DNA of 64,000 bases from Chiloscyllium plagiosum (lineage: Eukaryota), in NCBI RefSeq assembly GCF_004010195.1, contig NC_057728.1:51670552-51734551 (forward strand). The letters run 5' to 3'. Made by a program: the position numbers and the translations under genes. This document shows positions 62,770-64,000 of the stretch, piece by piece. The notes beneath the pieces were generated by a model. The model worked only from the letters and a program-made list of their open reading frames with translations. It was not told the DNA's origin and did no database searches. Within the stretch, counting starts at the first letter, position 1, and the number at the start of each line of letters is the position of its first letter.

Positions 62770-64000
62770 CCCGGGGACTGCCTGTACTTAAAATTCAAGA
62801 AGATATTTGACAAGATGTCATATCAATGGTTATTGCAGAAGATAAGAGGTCATGGTGTAGGTGGTGACAAATTGGTAAGGGTTGAAAACATTGATTTAAA
62901 AGGAAATAGTGAGTGTGTATAAATGGGTCATTCTCTGCTTGGCAGGATATGAAAGTGGTGTGCCACAGGGATCAGCACTATAAGGCCTTGACTTTTTACA
63001 ATTTATATAAATGACTTGGCTGATGGAGCAGAAAGTACAGTTGCTAAGTTTGCTGATACCACAGGCAGGAAGCCATAAGGAGGCGACAAAGGGTATAGGT
63101 AGGTTAAGTGAGCGGCAAAGAACTGGCAAATAGACTAAAATGGGGAAAATGTGAAATTGCCCATTTTGGTTGGAAAAAGAAAAGTGTCAATTGTGAAAAA
63201 TGTAGACCTCTGAGATGCAGAGGAATTGGGTATCATTGCACATGAATTGCACTAGGTTAAAAAGCAGGTACAACAAGTAATTTATAAAGCTAATATTATG
63301 TTGTTTATTAAGAAGGGACTTGAAAACAAAAATAGGGATACCATATCTTAAATGTGTCACTCATGCCCTGTTTAACTGGACTAGTATTGGTCTGCTTTCT
63401 AAAGGAAGGTTTACCGGGCTAATACCTGGAATTACTGGCTTATCTTCTGAGGAGAGGTCGGACAAGGTAGGTTTGTATCCACTAGGTTTTTTTGTATTCA
63501 CTCAATGGCAGTGGGTGTCACTGGCTAGGCCAAAATTTATTGCCTTTACATTTACAGTTGTAACAAAATACAGTTCAGAATTAACTATATTGCTTTGCGT
63601 CTAGAGTTGCATGTAGGCAGACCAGGTAAGTATAGCAGACTACCTTCCCTGAAGGACATTAATGAATCAAATGTGTTTTTCTAAACCAGTGATTTCATGG
63701 TCATCATTAGATCTTAATTCCTTATTTTTAATTGAATCCAAACTCCGCCATCTGCAGTGGTGGGATTCAGATTCTGGTTCCCAGATTATTACCAGAGTCT
63801 CTGGATTAATAGTCGAGCGATAATGCCACTGGGCCATTGCCTCCCCATATTTAGAAGAGTAAGAGGTGACTTAATTGAAACCCGAGGAGTCTTGGCCATG
63901 GTATATCTGGAAAGAATTGTTCCTCTTGTGGGAAGATATCAAAGGAAGGCATTGCTCTTTAAAAATAAGAGGTGACTATTTAAACAGAAATAATTTTTTT
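62770..64000 (+). mobile_element. Degraded CR1 RT region with a nested antisense family-2 SINE (about 63490-63850)
   Basis: FKKIFDKM, SGVPQGS, INDL, KFAD, RFTGLIPG and RVRGDLIET remnants. Confidence 0.7.

Overview
This is eukaryotic, repeat-rich vertebrate DNA. The repeats (HE1-like V-SINEs with (TCTAA)n tails, CR1/HER1-like LINEs, Rex1/Babar LINEs, Penelope-like elements) point to a cartilaginous fish, probably a shark; that is an inference. Bases 1-4258 are a near-perfect 32-bp satellite (two related 16-mers) with one A>G variant exactly every 640 bp. The only host gene I can support is four consecutive + strand coding exons of a Ric-8/synembryn G-alpha chaperone/GEF, most like RIC8B exons 6-9 (47418-53114). 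Its upstream exons are not visible, its last exon was not found, and a 500-N gap lies 1.5 kb upstream. The most interesting signal is a set of short Penelope-derived elements from at least three families, many folded back as palindromes and flanked by 9-16 bp target-site duplications (TSDs). They carry minimal hammerhead-ribozyme cores (CUGANGA-stem II-GAAA-palindromic stem III), and many copies begin almost exactly at that core. Nearly all ORF-track entries are repeat fragments or noise. Repeat boundaries were read by eye and are approximate unless a TSD is given.
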